Source: Alphaproteobacteria bacterium
GTDB lineage: Bacteria; Pseudomonadota; Alphaproteobacteria; UBA2966
Direction of reading: 5' to 3'
DNA length: 64,000 nt
Assembly (NCBI GenBank): GCA_965200265.1
Contig: OZ241357.1
Span: 8,179 to 72,178, forward strand
Under the pieces are notes generated by a model. That model was not told where the DNA came from. It did not search any database and saw nothing but the letters and a program-made list of their open reading frames with translations. The position numbers and the translations under genes were made by a program. Below, in pieces: positions 19,853 through 29,341 of the stretch (positions are counted from its first letter, which is position 1; each line of letters begins with the position of its first letter).

Positions 19853-20704
19853 ATGACGCTCGCCGTCGAGCTCCAGGACGCGCCGATCGGCGCCGAGGTG
19901 ACCGGGGTCGATCTCGGCCGTCCGGTCGCTGCCGGCGTCGCCGGCGAGATCGGAGCGCGGCTCCGCGAACACGCCGTGCTCGTGTTCCGGGATCAGCGGA
20001 TGTCGCCGGAGGCCCAGGTCGCGCTGACCCGTCAACTCGGCGAGCCCGAGGTGCACGTCCTCGACGACTTCACGCTGCCGGGTATGCCGGAGGTGTTCGT
20101 CGTCTCCAACGTGCGCCGGGACGGCAAGCCCGTCGGCGCCGTCAACGCCGGCCAGTACTGGCACTCGGACCTGTCCTACACCGCGCACCCGACCTTCGCG
20201 TCGATGCTCCACGCCAGGGAAGTTCCGGCGGGACGGGGCGAAACCGTGTTCGCCGGCATGGTGCGCGCCTACGAGACGCTGCCCGCGGACGTCGGGAAGC
20301 GAATCGACGGGCGCCGCGCGGTCCACGACTACACGCTGGCCTACGAGACCGTGTTCGCCGACAACCCCGACCGGACGCTGACGCCCGAACAGGAGGCGGC
20401 GGTGCCGCCGGTGGCGCATCCGGTGGTGCGCACCCAGGTGCGGACCGGGCGCAAGGCGCTCTACGTCAATCCCGGATTCACCCGCAGGATCGTCGGGATG
20501 GAGGCGGAAGAAAGCCGGGAGCTCTTGGACCTGCTGTTCGCCCGGGCGACCGATGCCGCCAACCTCTACACCCACCGTTGGCGCAAGGGGGATTTCGTGA
20601 TGTGGGACAACAGCGTCACCATGCACAGGGCGCTCGCCAACTACGCCGACGGCGACGTGCGCCATATGCTGCGCACCAGCGTGAAGGGAGAGGCGCCGGT
20701 CTGA
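19853..20704 (+). CDS. TauD/TfdA-family Fe(II)/2OG dioxygenase
   Basis: ORF 19853..20704. WHSDLSY (HxD) and WDNSVTMHRA motifs. Immediately follows the sulfonate-type ABC genes. Confidence 0.88.
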   Translation: MTLAVELQDAPIGAEVTGVDLGRPVAAGVAGEIGARLREHAVLVFRDQRMSPEAQVALTRQLGEPEVHVLDDFTLPGMPEVFVVSNVRRDGKPVGAVNAGQYWHSDLSYTAHPTFASMLHAREVPAGRGETVFAGMVRAYETLPADVGKRIDGRRAVHDYTLAYETVFADNPDRTLTPEQEAAVPPVAHPVVRTQVRTGRKALYVNPGFTRRIVGMEAEESRELLDLLFARATDAANLYTHRWRKGDFVMWDNSVTMHRALANYADGDVRHMLRTSVKGEAPV

Positions 20705-20754
20705 GCGGGTGGTCCGGGCGGAGCGGCCGCCCGCCCGCGCCGCCGCCCCGGACC

Positions 20755-21795
20755 CTATCGCTGACGGAAGGGCCGCCCCCGCCGGTAGAGCTGCAGCCGC
20801 TCGCGGAAGCCCGCGACCACCTCGCGGCGCCCGGAATCGCCCGACAGCGCGATCGCCCGTTCTTCCTCCTCGACGGCGCGGGCAAACCGCCCCGTCTCGG
20901 CATACGCGGCGGCCAGGGTGTCCCGATGCTGCGCGGTGTCGCCGAACCGCACGGCCTTCCTGGCCAGCCGCATCGCCTCGGCGCCGTCCCGCACGTCGCG
21001 GTCGGGCGCGGTCGCCCGCAGCCAGGCCAGGGCGTTGTAGGGCACGGCGTTCAGGGGTTCGAGGCCGATCGCCGCCTGGTAGTCGTCGGCGGCCGCGGCG
21101 TATTCCTCCATCAGGTAATGCACGATGCCGCGGTTCATCCACGCCCGCCAGTAGGTGGGCTCCATCTCGATGGCCCGCGTGCAGTCCTCCAGGGCCTTGG
21201 CGAACTCGCCGACGGACCGGTGCGCCACGCAGCGGTTGTTGCGGGCCAGCATGAGCCCCGGATCGAGACGGATGGCCTCGTCGTAATGGGCGAGCGCCCG
21301 GCGATGATCGGCCAGCTTCTGGTAGACCGTGCCGCGGTTGTTGAACGTGCTGCCGTCCTCCGGATCGAGGCGCAGCGATTCCGCGAAATCGGCGAGCGCC
21401 CGGTCGAAGACGCCCAGGGCCGCGTAGGCGTTGGCGCGGTTGTTGTAGGCGACGGCGTTGCCCGGATTCAGGCGGATCGACTCGGAAAAGTCCGAGACGG
21501 CGTTCTCGCCGTCGCCGAGCGCGTCATGCGCCAGCCCCCGGGCGTGAAAGGCGGCGGCGAGGCTCCTGTCGTCGTGATCGCCCCAGCGGATGAGATGCGT
21601 GCAGGCGCCGACCCGCACGTCGGGATGGGCCGTTTCGTCGCGGCAGAGCGCCGCTTCCCCGGCGAGGTCGGCGCCGGCCGCCGCCGGTGGCCACAGCAAC
21701 GCCACGGCGAACAGCGCCAGGCGGGCGCCGCGCCGGGACACGATGTGCGACCGTGGCCCGTCGACGTCATCGGCCGCCGCCGCGCGCCGCGTCAC
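20755..21795 (-). CDS. secreted tetratricopeptide-repeat protein
   Basis: C-terminal part of ORF 20755..22890. Hydrophobic leader LALFAVALLWPPAAAGA, then about 7 TPR units (AYNNRANAYAALG, TFNNRGTVYQKLA and others). Start taken as the GTG overlapping the upstream TGA (GTGA at 21792-21795); GTG 21741 is an alternative. Confidence 0.7.
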   Translation of the reverse strand: MTRRAAAADDVDGPRSHIVSRRGARLALFAVALLWPPAAAGADLAGEAALCRDETAHPDVRVGACTHLIRWGDHDDRSLAAAFHARGLAHDALGDGENAVSDFSESIRLNPGNAVAYNNRANAYAALGVFDRALADFAESLRLDPEDGSTFNNRGTVYQKLADHRRALAHYDEAIRLDPGLMLARNNRCVAHRSVGEFAKALEDCTRAIEMEPTYWRAWMNRGIVHYLMEEYAAAADDYQAAIGLEPLNAVPYNALAWLRATAPDRDVRDGAEAMRLARKAVRFGDTAQHRDTLAAAYAETGRFARAVEEEERAIALSGDSGRREVVAGFRERLQLYRRGRPFRQR

Positions 21796-23111
21796 TGCGC
21801 CGCCATCCCGGCCTCGGCCTTCCAGGCCGCCGGCACCCGGCGGCGGCGGGTTTCGCGTTCGGCGATCAGGGCGCGGGCGAGAGACCCGCGTCCGGAGCGG
21901 ATCGCGGCCACCACCAGGGTCTGATCGAAGACGTCCCGTTGGGCGTGGCTGCCGCCGGACAGGCGCAGGTCGTAGCGGACGGGCAGGAGGAGGTCGACGG
22001 CCATGCCGCAGTCGCCGTCGTGAAACGCCCGCAGCGCTTCCGACAGGGCAACGCCGGCATCGACGGCGCGCGCGGCGACGGGGTCGTTGCGGGCCGATTC
22101 CCCGCGCATCGCCGCGAGCAGATCCGCCGCCGCCTCCCGCCGGCCGGTGGCCAGCAGGGCCATCAGGTAGTTGGTGCTGAAGAAGACGTTCGCGGCATCG
22201 CGCGCGCGGGCCTCCGCGCGCTCCCCCAGCTCCTCCCAGCGGTGGCCGACGTCGACGCCCCGGAGCGCCAGCCGCCAGAGCAGGGCGGCGCCGTTGGCGA
22301 TGTCCGTCGCGAAGTCGGTCTTCTCGCCGCGGATGCCGGTGTCGTGGAGATCGAGGACCTCGTCGATCTCGTCCCGCTCCAGGTGATGGAGGGCGCGGTG
22401 CCACCACAGGTGAAAGCGAAAGTTGTTGTTCCCGAGCCAGTCCGCTTCCGTGCGCTTCAGCCATTCGATCCCGTCGGCATGTCTTCCTTCCATTTCGATC
22501 GTGTGCGCGACGGCATGGACGGCCCAGGAATCCTCGGGGTTCAGGTCCACGGCCTCGCGTCCCGCGCGCTCCGCCGCCTCGCAATCGCCGCTTTCCTCGA
22601 AGCCGAAGGACAGCATCCCGAGGACGAATCCGTAGCCCGGCACGTCCGGGTTCCACGCATGAAGGGCGCGCCCGATGACGTCGCGCATGTTGGCGGCGTC
22701 GCCGCGCCAGAAATGGAGAAACTGCGTCAGCTTCAGCGTCGTCAGGTCGGTCGGATGGTCGACGGCAATGCCGTCGAGCACGGCCAGCGTGTCGACGGCC
22801 CGGTCGTCGAGCAGCAGGCGGGCCGCGGAAACGTGGCGCCGTTCCCGGTCCGTCGCGCCCCCGGCCGCCCTCCCGGCCGCGTCCAGGCATTCGCGCGCGG
22901 CGGGCAGGAAGGCCGGGTCGAAGGCCATCTTCAGCAGGTAGACCTTGAGGCAGCGCGCCATGACGAAGTCCGGATCGGCGTCGAGCGCGGCGTCGAGGTG
23001 GTCCATGGTGTCGGGCTTCTGCGCCAGATAGCCGGCGACCGCCTTCTCGTATGCCGAGAGCGCCTCGTCGTTGGCGACGGTGACGGGCAGACCGCGGACG
23101 TCGACGGACAT
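21792..23111 (-). CDS. TTC38-like tetratricopeptide-repeat protein
   Basis: ORF 21792..23111, 439 aa. WAVHAVAHTIEMEG and FRFHLWWH motifs are typical of the TTC38 family. Confidence 0.75.
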   Translation of the reverse strand: MSVDVRGLPVTVANDEALSAYEKAVAGYLAQKPDTMDHLDAALDADPDFVMARCLKVYLLKMAFDPAFLPAARECLDAAGRAAGGATDRERRHVSAARLLLDDRAVDTLAVLDGIAVDHPTDLTTLKLTQFLHFWRGDAANMRDVIGRALHAWNPDVPGYGFVLGMLSFGFEESGDCEAAERAGREAVDLNPEDSWAVHAVAHTIEMEGRHADGIEWLKRTEADWLGNNNFRFHLWWHRALHHLERDEIDEVLDLHDTGIRGEKTDFATDIANGAALLWRLALRGVDVGHRWEELGERAEARARDAANVFFSTNYLMALLATGRREAAADLLAAMRGESARNDPVAARAVDAGVALSEALRAFHDGDCGMAVDLLLPVRYDLRLSGGSHAQRDVFDQTLVVAAIRSGRGSLARALIAERETRRRRVPAAWKAEAGMAAQ

Positions 23112-23246
23112 GGACGGGCGCTCCTCGATTCCTCCCGCGAGGCGGCGTCTCGGGACCTGCTCAGACTATCACCGAAGCGGGATCCGAGTCGGGGGCGGCG
23201 CGACCCGGTTGACCGGATATCCGGGCGCGCCTAGAAGGTCGGCAGC

Positions 23247-23323
23247 GACCCCGTAGCTCAGTCGGATAGAGCGGCGGATTCCTAATCCGCAGGCCGGGGG
23301 TTCGAATCCCTCCGGGGTCGCCA
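23247..23323 (+). tRNA. tRNA-Arg (anticodon CCT)
   Basis: Folded by hand. Acceptor GACCCCG/CGGGGTC, D arm GCTC-AGTCGGATA-GAGC, anticodon stem GCGGA/TCCGC with loop TTCCTAA, variable AGGCC, T arm GGGGG-TTCGAAT-CCCTC, discriminator G, encoded CCA. 77 nt. Confidence 0.93.
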
Positions 23324-23366
23324 CTCCCCGCGGGAACGGCCGGACATTTCCGCACCGGAACGACGC

Positions 23367-24398
23367 ATGGTCGCGATGCCTGAAGCGCCGCTCGCAATGG
23401 GCGGGGACACGGACGTGAAAGCGCTCGCCGAAGGCGTCCGCAGCGGCGACCGGCGCGCCCTGGGACGCGCCGTCACGCTGATCGAGTCGCGCCGGGCGGA
23501 TCACCAGGACCGGGCGCTGGCGTTGCTGGACGTGCTGCTTCCCGATGCGGGCAACGCGGTTCGGGTCGGCGTCTCCGGTGCGCCGGGCGTCGGCAAGTCG
23601 ACGTTCATCGAGGCGGTCGGGGTCGGGTTGACGGCCGCCGGCCACCGGGTCGCCGTCCTGGCGGTCGATCCGTCCTCGAGCCGTTCGGGCGGTTCGATCC
23701 TCGGCGACAAGACGCGCATGAACGACCTGTCCCGGGACCCTGCCGCGTTCGTTCGGCCGTCGCCGGCCGGGGGCGCCCTCGGGGGGGTGGCGCGGCGCAC
23801 GCGCGAGGCCATGCTCGTCTGCGAGGCCGCGGGTTTCGACGTCGTGATCGTGGAGACGGTCGGGGTCGGCCAGTCCGAGACGGCGGTGGCCGGCATGGTC
23901 GACACCTTCCTCCTGCTCATCGCGCCCGGCGGCGGCGACGAGCTGCAGGGCATCAAGCGGGGGATCGTGGAGCTCGCCGACGTCGTGTTCGTGAACAAGG
24001 CGGACGGCGACCTCGCCGGTCAGGCCAGGGCCGTGGCCGCCGAGTACGCCGCCGCCCTGCGTCTCCTGCGGCCGGCGACGAAGTTCTGGACGCCGCGGGT
24101 CCAGACGTGCTCGGCCCTGAAAGGGACCGGCATCGGAAACGTCTGGCGCACCATCGAAGCCCACCATCGCGCATTGCGGGCGGGCGGCGAGCTCGGCCGC
24201 CGCCGCGAAGCGCAGGCCCGTCACTGGATGTGGAGCGAGATCGGCGACAGTCTGATCGCGTCCCTGCGCGAAGACCCCGCCACGGCGGCGCTGATACCGG
24301 CGCTCGAGCGGGACGTGAGCGCCGGCCGCGCCACGCCCGGCGCGGCCGCGCAACGCCTGCTCGGCGCCTTTCGCGCCGCCGGAGACGGCGGCCGATAG
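23367..24398 (+). CDS. meaB: methylmalonyl-CoA mutase-associated GTPase MeaB/ArgK
   Basis: ORF 23367..24398. [13 protein letters not shown]-loop [18 protein letters not shown] and NKADG motifs. Confidence 0.9.
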   Translation: MVAMPEAPLAMGGDTDVKALAEGVRSGDRRALGRAVTLIESRRADHQDRALALLDVLLPDAGNAVRVGVSGAPGVGKSTFIEAVGVGLTAAGHRVAVLAVDPSSSRSGGSILGDKTRMNDLSRDPAAFVRPSPAGGALGGVARRTREAMLVCEAAGFDVVIVETVGVGQSETAVAGMVDTFLLLIAPGGGDELQGIKRGIVELADVVFVNKADGDLAGQARAVAAEYAAALRLLRPATKFWTPRVQTCSALKGTGIGNVWRTIEAHHRALRAGGELGRRREAQARHWMWSEIGDSLIASLREDPATAALIPALERDVSAGRATPGAAAQRLLGAFRAAGDGGR

Positions 24399-24532
24399 CC
24401 CGGCAATTTCCGTCCTGCCTGTCCCTTCCCGTATGTCCCTGGGAGCGCCGGCGTCCCGCCGGCATCGTGCGAAGCGCGAACGGGCGCCATCGGAGGATCG
24501 GAAGTCCGGGAAGGATGCGGGCCTTCGGCCCG

Positions 24533-24567
24533 CTTGGGAGCGCCGGCGGGACGCCGGCGCTCCCAAG
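24533..24567. repeat. perfect 16-bp-stem palindrome built from two head-to-head GCGCTCCCAAG modules
   Basis: CTTGGGAGCGCCGGCG-gga-CGCCGGCGCTCCCAAG. The same GCGCTCCCA(A/G)GG module is part of the MITE-like family at 37.4, 40.4 and 47.1 kb. Confidence 0.75.
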
Positions 24568-24577
24568 CGGCCCGACG

Positions 24578-24899
24578 GTGTGCAAGGTGTGCAATTCGGC
24601 GCGCTCGTGGTGGCCGGTGGCCGGTGGTCAGTGGCCGGTAGGCGGTGCCCCCACCGTGTGTAAGGTGTGCCATTCGACGCGCCGAACTCGTGCCCCCCAT
24701 GCGGTGTGCAAGGTGTGCAAGTCGCCACGCCGGGCCGCAACCGGCGACTGGCCACCGGCCATAGTGTGCAAGGTGTGCCATTCCGGGTGCGGCCCGGACT
24801 TCCGCGGGATGCGCTCCACGGTGTGCAAGGTGTGCAATACCAGCGCGCCGAACCCCCAACTGGCAACCGGCCACCGGCCATAGTGTGCAAGGTGTGCAA
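24578..24899 (+). repeat. array of six direct 17-nt repeats GTGTGCAAGGTGTGC(A/C)A
   Basis: Copies start at 24578, 24656 (one mismatch), 24704, 24764, 24821 and 24883. Spacing is 78/48/60/57/62 nt and all copies share one orientation. Spacers alternately carry GGCCACCGGCC heptamer-type sequence. Confidence 0.85.
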
Positions 24900-24989
24900 T
24901 CCGGCCCGGCGACGCACCGGGACGATAGCCCTGCGTATCCGGTTCAGACTACTTAGTGGATATTTTTTGTTCACAATGGAACTTTTCTC

Positions 24990-25019
24990 TTGACATGCAT
25001 GGAAACGTTCCCATATCGT
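24990..25019 (+). promoter_or_regulatory. candidate promoter with embedded near-palindromic operator
   Basis: AT-rich patch with TTGACA (24990-24995), 18-nt spacer and TATCGT (25014-25019). The spacer contains TGGAAAC/GTTCCCA, an inverted repeat with 1 mismatch. Confidence 0.35.
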
Positions 25020-25058
25020 TCCACAACGGGAAACCCAGCCGGACACGGAGACACCACC

Positions 25059-25826
25059 ATGCACGCCAACACCGACCGCGACGGCGCCAGGCGTCCGCGA
25101 CGCCAGCGCGCCTTCCTCAAGTCCCTCGCTCACTCCGTCAACGTCGCCCGCGCCTGCCGCACCGCCGGCATCCCCAGACGCACCGCATACCACTGGCGCG
25201 ACGCCGACCCCCGCTTCGCCCGCCAATGGGACGACGCCCTCGACGACGGCATCGACCTGCTCGAGGCCGAACTCCACCGCCGCGCCTTCGAAGGCGTGGA
25301 GAAGCCGGTCTGGCACAAGGGCGAACAGGTGGGGACGGTGCGCCACTACTCCGACGCCCTCGCCATGTTCCTGCTCAAGGCCCACCGCCCGGCGCGCTAC
25401 CGCGACGGCTACCGCCCGCCGGAGGCGGACCGCCTCCCGCGCGCCGGCGCGGCGGCGGGGGCGGTCGGGGACGACCGGATCGAGGACGCCGCCGGTCTCG
25501 ATACCGGGACGGAGGAAGCGCCGGGCGCGGCGGACACGGCGGACGTGGAGATGACGGCGGAGGCCGTGCTGGTGGACGCCCTGGTCGCGGCGGCGACGGC
25601 GACGGTGACGGGCGTCCCGGCCGCGGCGGCGACGGCGGCGACGGTCACGGTGGCGGGCGTAACGGACGCGACGGCCGCGACGGCGACGGTGGCCGGTGCC
25701 TCCGGGTCTCCGCGGCGCCGGCGCCGGCGGCCTCGTGACGCCGGGGCGGCTTCCGTGTATAGGAAGGGGCCGGGAGCGCCGGGCGTTCGCCGGCGAGTCG
25801 AATCGACAGCGGCAGGGAGGCCGCCG
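25059..25826 (+). CDS. phage terminase small-subunit-like HTH protein; no stop codon of its own, in frame with the next CDS
   Basis: Part of ORF 24990..27500. ATG 25059 follows GGAG. Segment VARACRTAGIPRRTAYHWRDADPRFARQWDDAL ... YSDALAMFLLKAHRPARYRD resembles alphaproteobacterial phage small-terminase/HTH proteins. It is followed by an Ala/Thr/Val low-complexity tract. Confidence 0.5.
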
Positions 25827-27500
25827 ATGACCTACGACCTTCTGATCAGGAACGGCACCGTCGTCGACGGGACGGGCGCGCCCGGCAGGCGCGCCGACGT
25901 CGCGGTGGCGGGCGGCAGGATCGCCGCAATCGGCGAGATCGCGGACGGCGCGCGCGAGACCATCGACGCCGGCGATTGCGTCGTGGCGCCGGGGTTCATC
26001 GACCCGCACACCCATTACGACGCCCAGATCTGCTGGGACGGCGCCGTGACCCCGTCGTCCTGGCACGGCGTGACGAGCGTGGTGATGGGCAACTGCGGCG
26101 TCGGCATCGCGCCCTGCCGGCCCGAGGCGCGCGAAATCGCCATGCGCGACCTCGTCAACGTCGAGGGCATCCCGTTCGACGTGCTCGACAAGGGGATCGC
26201 TTGGGAGTGGGAGACGTTCCCGGAGTTCATGGACGCCGCCGACGCGCGCGCGCCTGCGGTGAACCTCGCGTTCCTGGCGCCCCTGACGCCCTTCCGGCAC
26301 TACGTGATGGGCGAGGAGTCGATGGAGCGCGCGGCGAGTGCGGAGGAAACCGGGCGCATCGCCCACCTCCTCGGCGAAGCCGTGGACGCCGGCGCGTTCG
26401 GGTTTTCCACCACCATCCTCAACCAGCACGTGGGATACGAAGGCCGCCCCCTCGCCTGCCGCAACGCCGACGACGCCGAGCTCGCGGCCTATTCCCGCGT
26501 GCTGCGCCGGCGCGGCAAGGGAACCATCGAGATCGCGGCGACGAAACGGATCGGCATCATCGACGACGATCAGTATGCGCTGCTCGACCTGCTGCTGACC
26601 GAGAGCGGTCGCCCGGTCACGTTCCTGGGGCTGGTCGATCGCGACGACGTTCCCGACGCCGCCCGCGACACCCTGGAGAAGACGGCGCCGTTGCTGGAGC
26701 GCGGCGTGCGGCCGCAGATCCTGCCGCTGCCCCTGACGCGCGAGTTCAACATGCGCAACCCGTTTTCCTTCGCCGCCTTTCCCTCGTGGAACCGGGTGTT
26801 CGTCGACAAGTCGAAGGAAGGCCAGCGCGCGGCCTACGCCGACCCGGAGTTCCGGAACGCGTTCCGCGGAGAGATGCGGGAGCGGCTCAACTTTTGCGAC
26901 TTCGACCGGATAACCCTGCACGAGGTCGGGAACCCGGACCTGAAGCGGCTCGAAGGGCGGACCGTCACCGAGATCGCGCGGGAGCGGGGGATCGACGAGG
27001 TCGACGCCTTCCTCGACGTCACCCTCGAGGACGACGTCGACAACGAGTTCGTCTTCACGTCGTTCAACACCCGGATCGACAGCATGACCCGCCTCCTCAA
27101 CCACCCGCACGTCGTGATCGGCCTCGGCGACGGCGGCGCCCACGTGGACATGCTGTGCGACTCGGGCTACCCGACGTTCCTGCTCGGCACATGGGTGCGG
27201 GAGCGCCAGGCCATGACGCTGGAGCGCGCGGTGCGGAAACTGACCGCGGAGCCGGCCGACCTGTTCGGAATCGCCGACCGCGGCCGCCTGTGCGAGGGAA
27301 GCCGGGCCGACGTCACGATCTTCGATCCGCAGAACGTCGGATCGCCCGACCGCAACGAGCGCTCCCACGACCTGCCGGGCGGCGCCAAGCGCATGGTGCG
27401 GCCGTCGCGCGGCATCGAGTGCGTCATCGTCAACGGCGAGCCCGTCTACCGGAACGGCGGGCTGACCGGGGCCGCCCCGGGGCGGGTGCTGCGGTCCTGA
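25827..27500 (+). CDS. N-acyl-D-amino-acid deacylase (D-aminoacylase) family amidohydrolase
   Basis: Inner start MTYDLLIRNGTVVDGTG 6 nt after GGGAGG. PGFIDPHTHYD metal-binding motif, GLGDGGAH, and a C-terminal beta-sandwich segment (VIVNGEPVYRNG). Confidence 0.88.
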   Translation: MTYDLLIRNGTVVDGTGAPGRRADVAVAGGRIAAIGEIADGARETIDAGDCVVAPGFIDPHTHYDAQICWDGAVTPSSWHGVTSVVMGNCGVGIAPCRPEAREIAMRDLVNVEGIPFDVLDKGIAWEWETFPEFMDAADARAPAVNLAFLAPLTPFRHYVMGEESMERAASAEETGRIAHLLGEAVDAGAFGFSTTILNQHVGYEGRPLACRNADDAELAAYSRVLRRRGKGTIEIAATKRIGIIDDDQYALLDLLLTESGRPVTFLGLVDRDDVPDAARDTLEKTAPLLERGVRPQILPLPLTREFNMRNPFSFAAFPSWNRVFVDKSKEGQRAAYADPEFRNAFRGEMRERLNFCDFDRITLHEVGNPDLKRLEGRTVTEIARERGIDEVDAFLDVTLEDDVDNEFVFTSFNTRIDSMTRLLNHPHVVIGLGDGGAHVDMLCDSGYPTFLLGTWVRERQAMTLERAVRKLTAEPADLFGIADRGRLCEGSRADVTIFDPQNVGSPDRNERSHDLPGGAKRMVRPSRGIECVIVNGEPVYRNGGLTGAAPGRVLRS

Positions 27501-27523
27501 GCGCTGCCCCGGAGAGGAACGTC

Positions 27524-28621
27524 ATGAGCCCGGAACCCGCGGCGCGGCCCGAACGGGTCGAACCGCCCGTCCGTTTCGGCATCCTGAGCTTCGCGATGTA
27601 TCACGCGAACTTCTGGGCGCGCGCGATCGCCGACTCCGGGCTGGCGGCGTTCGTCGGGATATGGGACGCCGACGCCGACCGCGGCGCCGCGGCGGCGCAG
27701 GAGTACGGGACGGCGCATTGGGCGGATCTCGACGCGCTCCTGGAAGCGTGCGACGCCGTCGCGATCACGTCGGAAACGCTCACCCACGTGGATCTCGCGG
27801 AGCGGGCGGCGGCGCGCGGGTGCCACATCCTGGTCGAGAAGCCCCTGGCGACGACGATGACGGGGTGCGACCGCATACGGACGGCGGTCGAACGGGCGGG
27901 GGTGTCGTTCATGCAGAGCTTCCCGAAGCGCTTCGACCCCGTGAACCACGAGCTCAAGCGTCTCGTCGACGACGGGGAACTCGGCCGCGTCACCCTGATG
28001 CGTGTCCGTCACGGCCATCTGTACGGGCTGACGGGCGGCGGCGCTCATTCGGGATGGCCCGAGGATCCCGTGTCCGCGGGCGGCGGGTCGCTGCTCGACG
28101 AGGGCGTCCACGGGGCCGACTTCATCCGCTGGATGCTGGGCGACCCCGACACCGTCATGGCGACCGTCGCCCACCCTCTCGGGCGCCGGGTCGAGGACGT
28201 GGGCGTCGCCGTCTTCACCTGGGACGACGGCCCCGTCTGCGAGCTCGCGTCGAGCAACGCGTTCGCCGCCGCCGACAACTCGATCGAGATATTCGGCACC
28301 GGGGGCGCGGCGGTCCTCTCGGGCGTCGATCTGGCGTCCCGCGACGTGACCGACGGGGCGTACCTGAAGGTCTGCCGTCTCGCCGAAGAGAACCTGCGGG
28401 ACCCCGCGACCCGGCGCTGGGTGGCGTCGGACGTCGTCCCGCGGTTCAAGACCACGCCCGAGTTCCATCAACAGAACCCGCTCCGGTTCCTCGACGCCCT
28501 GACGACGGGCGCCGCGCCGCCCACCACGATGGAGGACGGGCGGCGGGCGCTGCGGATGATCCTCTCCGCCTACGACTCGGCGAGGACCGGCCGGATGGTC
28601 CGGATTCCCTGGGATGCATAG
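27524..28621 (+). CDS. Gfo/Idh/MocA family oxidoreductase
   Basis: Inner start MSPEPAARPE after GGAGAGG in ORF 25976..28621. RFGILSF... N-terminal Rossmann fold and the family-typical EKPLA motif. Confidence 0.85.
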   Translation: MSPEPAARPERVEPPVRFGILSFAMYHANFWARAIADSGLAAFVGIWDADADRGAAAAQEYGTAHWADLDALLEACDAVAITSETLTHVDLAERAAARGCHILVEKPLATTMTGCDRIRTAVERAGVSFMQSFPKRFDPVNHELKRLVDDGELGRVTLMRVRHGHLYGLTGGGAHSGWPEDPVSAGGGSLLDEGVHGADFIRWMLGDPDTVMATVAHPLGRRVEDVGVAVFTWDDGPVCELASSNAFAAADNSIEIFGTGGAAVLSGVDLASRDVTDGAYLKVCRLAEENLRDPATRRWVASDVVPRFKTTPEFHQQNPLRFLDALTTGAAPPTTMEDGRRALRMILSAYDSARTGRMVRIPWDA

Positions 28622-29207
28622 CTCGCGAGGCGCCGTGAAACCCGCCCGTCTGGCCCCCCGTCTGGCCTTGATCGCCGGCCTCGTCCTCGGAACGTTCCTG
28701 CCGGGCCGGTCCGCCGGCGCCGCCGACGCCGGGAACACCCTCCACATGGACCTCGAATACGGCCGCGTGACGATCGAGATGAGGCCGGATCTGGCGCCCC
28801 GCCACGTCGCGCGGATCAGGCAGCTGGTCCGGCAGGGCTTCTACGACGGGGTGGCGTTCCACCGCGTCATCGAGGGCTTCATGGCCCAGGGCGGCGATCC
28901 GACTGGGACCGGCCGGAGCGGGTCGGGGACGACGCTGCCGGCGGAGTTCTCGGACCATCCCCACGTCCGCGGCGTGGTCTCGATGGCGCGCACCCAGGAC
29001 CCCGACAGCGCCGACAGCCAGTTCTTCATCATGCTCGCTCCGGCCCCGCATCTCGACGGCCAGTACACCGTCTGGGGCAAGGTGGTCTCGGGCATGGAGT
29101 TCGTCGACCGGCTCGAACGGGGCGACCGGCAGCGCGGCGGCGTGGTCGCCGATCCCGACAGGATCGTCCGCATGACGGTCGCCGGGGACGCCGAGCGGGC
29201 CAACTGA
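28614..29207 (+). CDS. periplasmic peptidyl-prolyl cis-trans isomerase (cyclophilin type)
   Basis: ORF 28614..29207. Signal peptide, FHRVIEGFMAQGGDP and SQFFI motifs. Confidence 0.9.
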   Translation: MHSSRGAVKPARLAPRLALIAGLVLGTFLPGRSAGAADAGNTLHMDLEYGRVTIEMRPDLAPRHVARIRQLVRQGFYDGVAFHRVIEGFMAQGGDPTGTGRSGSGTTLPAEFSDHPHVRGVVSMARTQDPDSADSQFFIMLAPAPHLDGQYTVWGKVVSGMEFVDRLERGDRQRGGVVADPDRIVRMTVAGDAERAN

Positions 29208-29341
29208 ACGCCCCGCCCGGACGGGGGGCCGCCGGCGTCCGCGGAGCGGCGTTGCCAATCCCGGAGCGATGGTGTCCAATTCAAGGCGCGGCGCGGGTTG
29301 CGGGGAGCCGCCGCTTTCGAGAGGAACAGGGAGGGAGGACG

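Noticed and set aside
24578-24899. Possible CRISPR array (regularly recurring GTGTGCAAGGTGTGCA)
   Set aside because: The repeat is only 16-17 nt. Spacers are irregular (31-61 nt) and are themselves built from other genomic repeat modules. No cas genes or leader are present.
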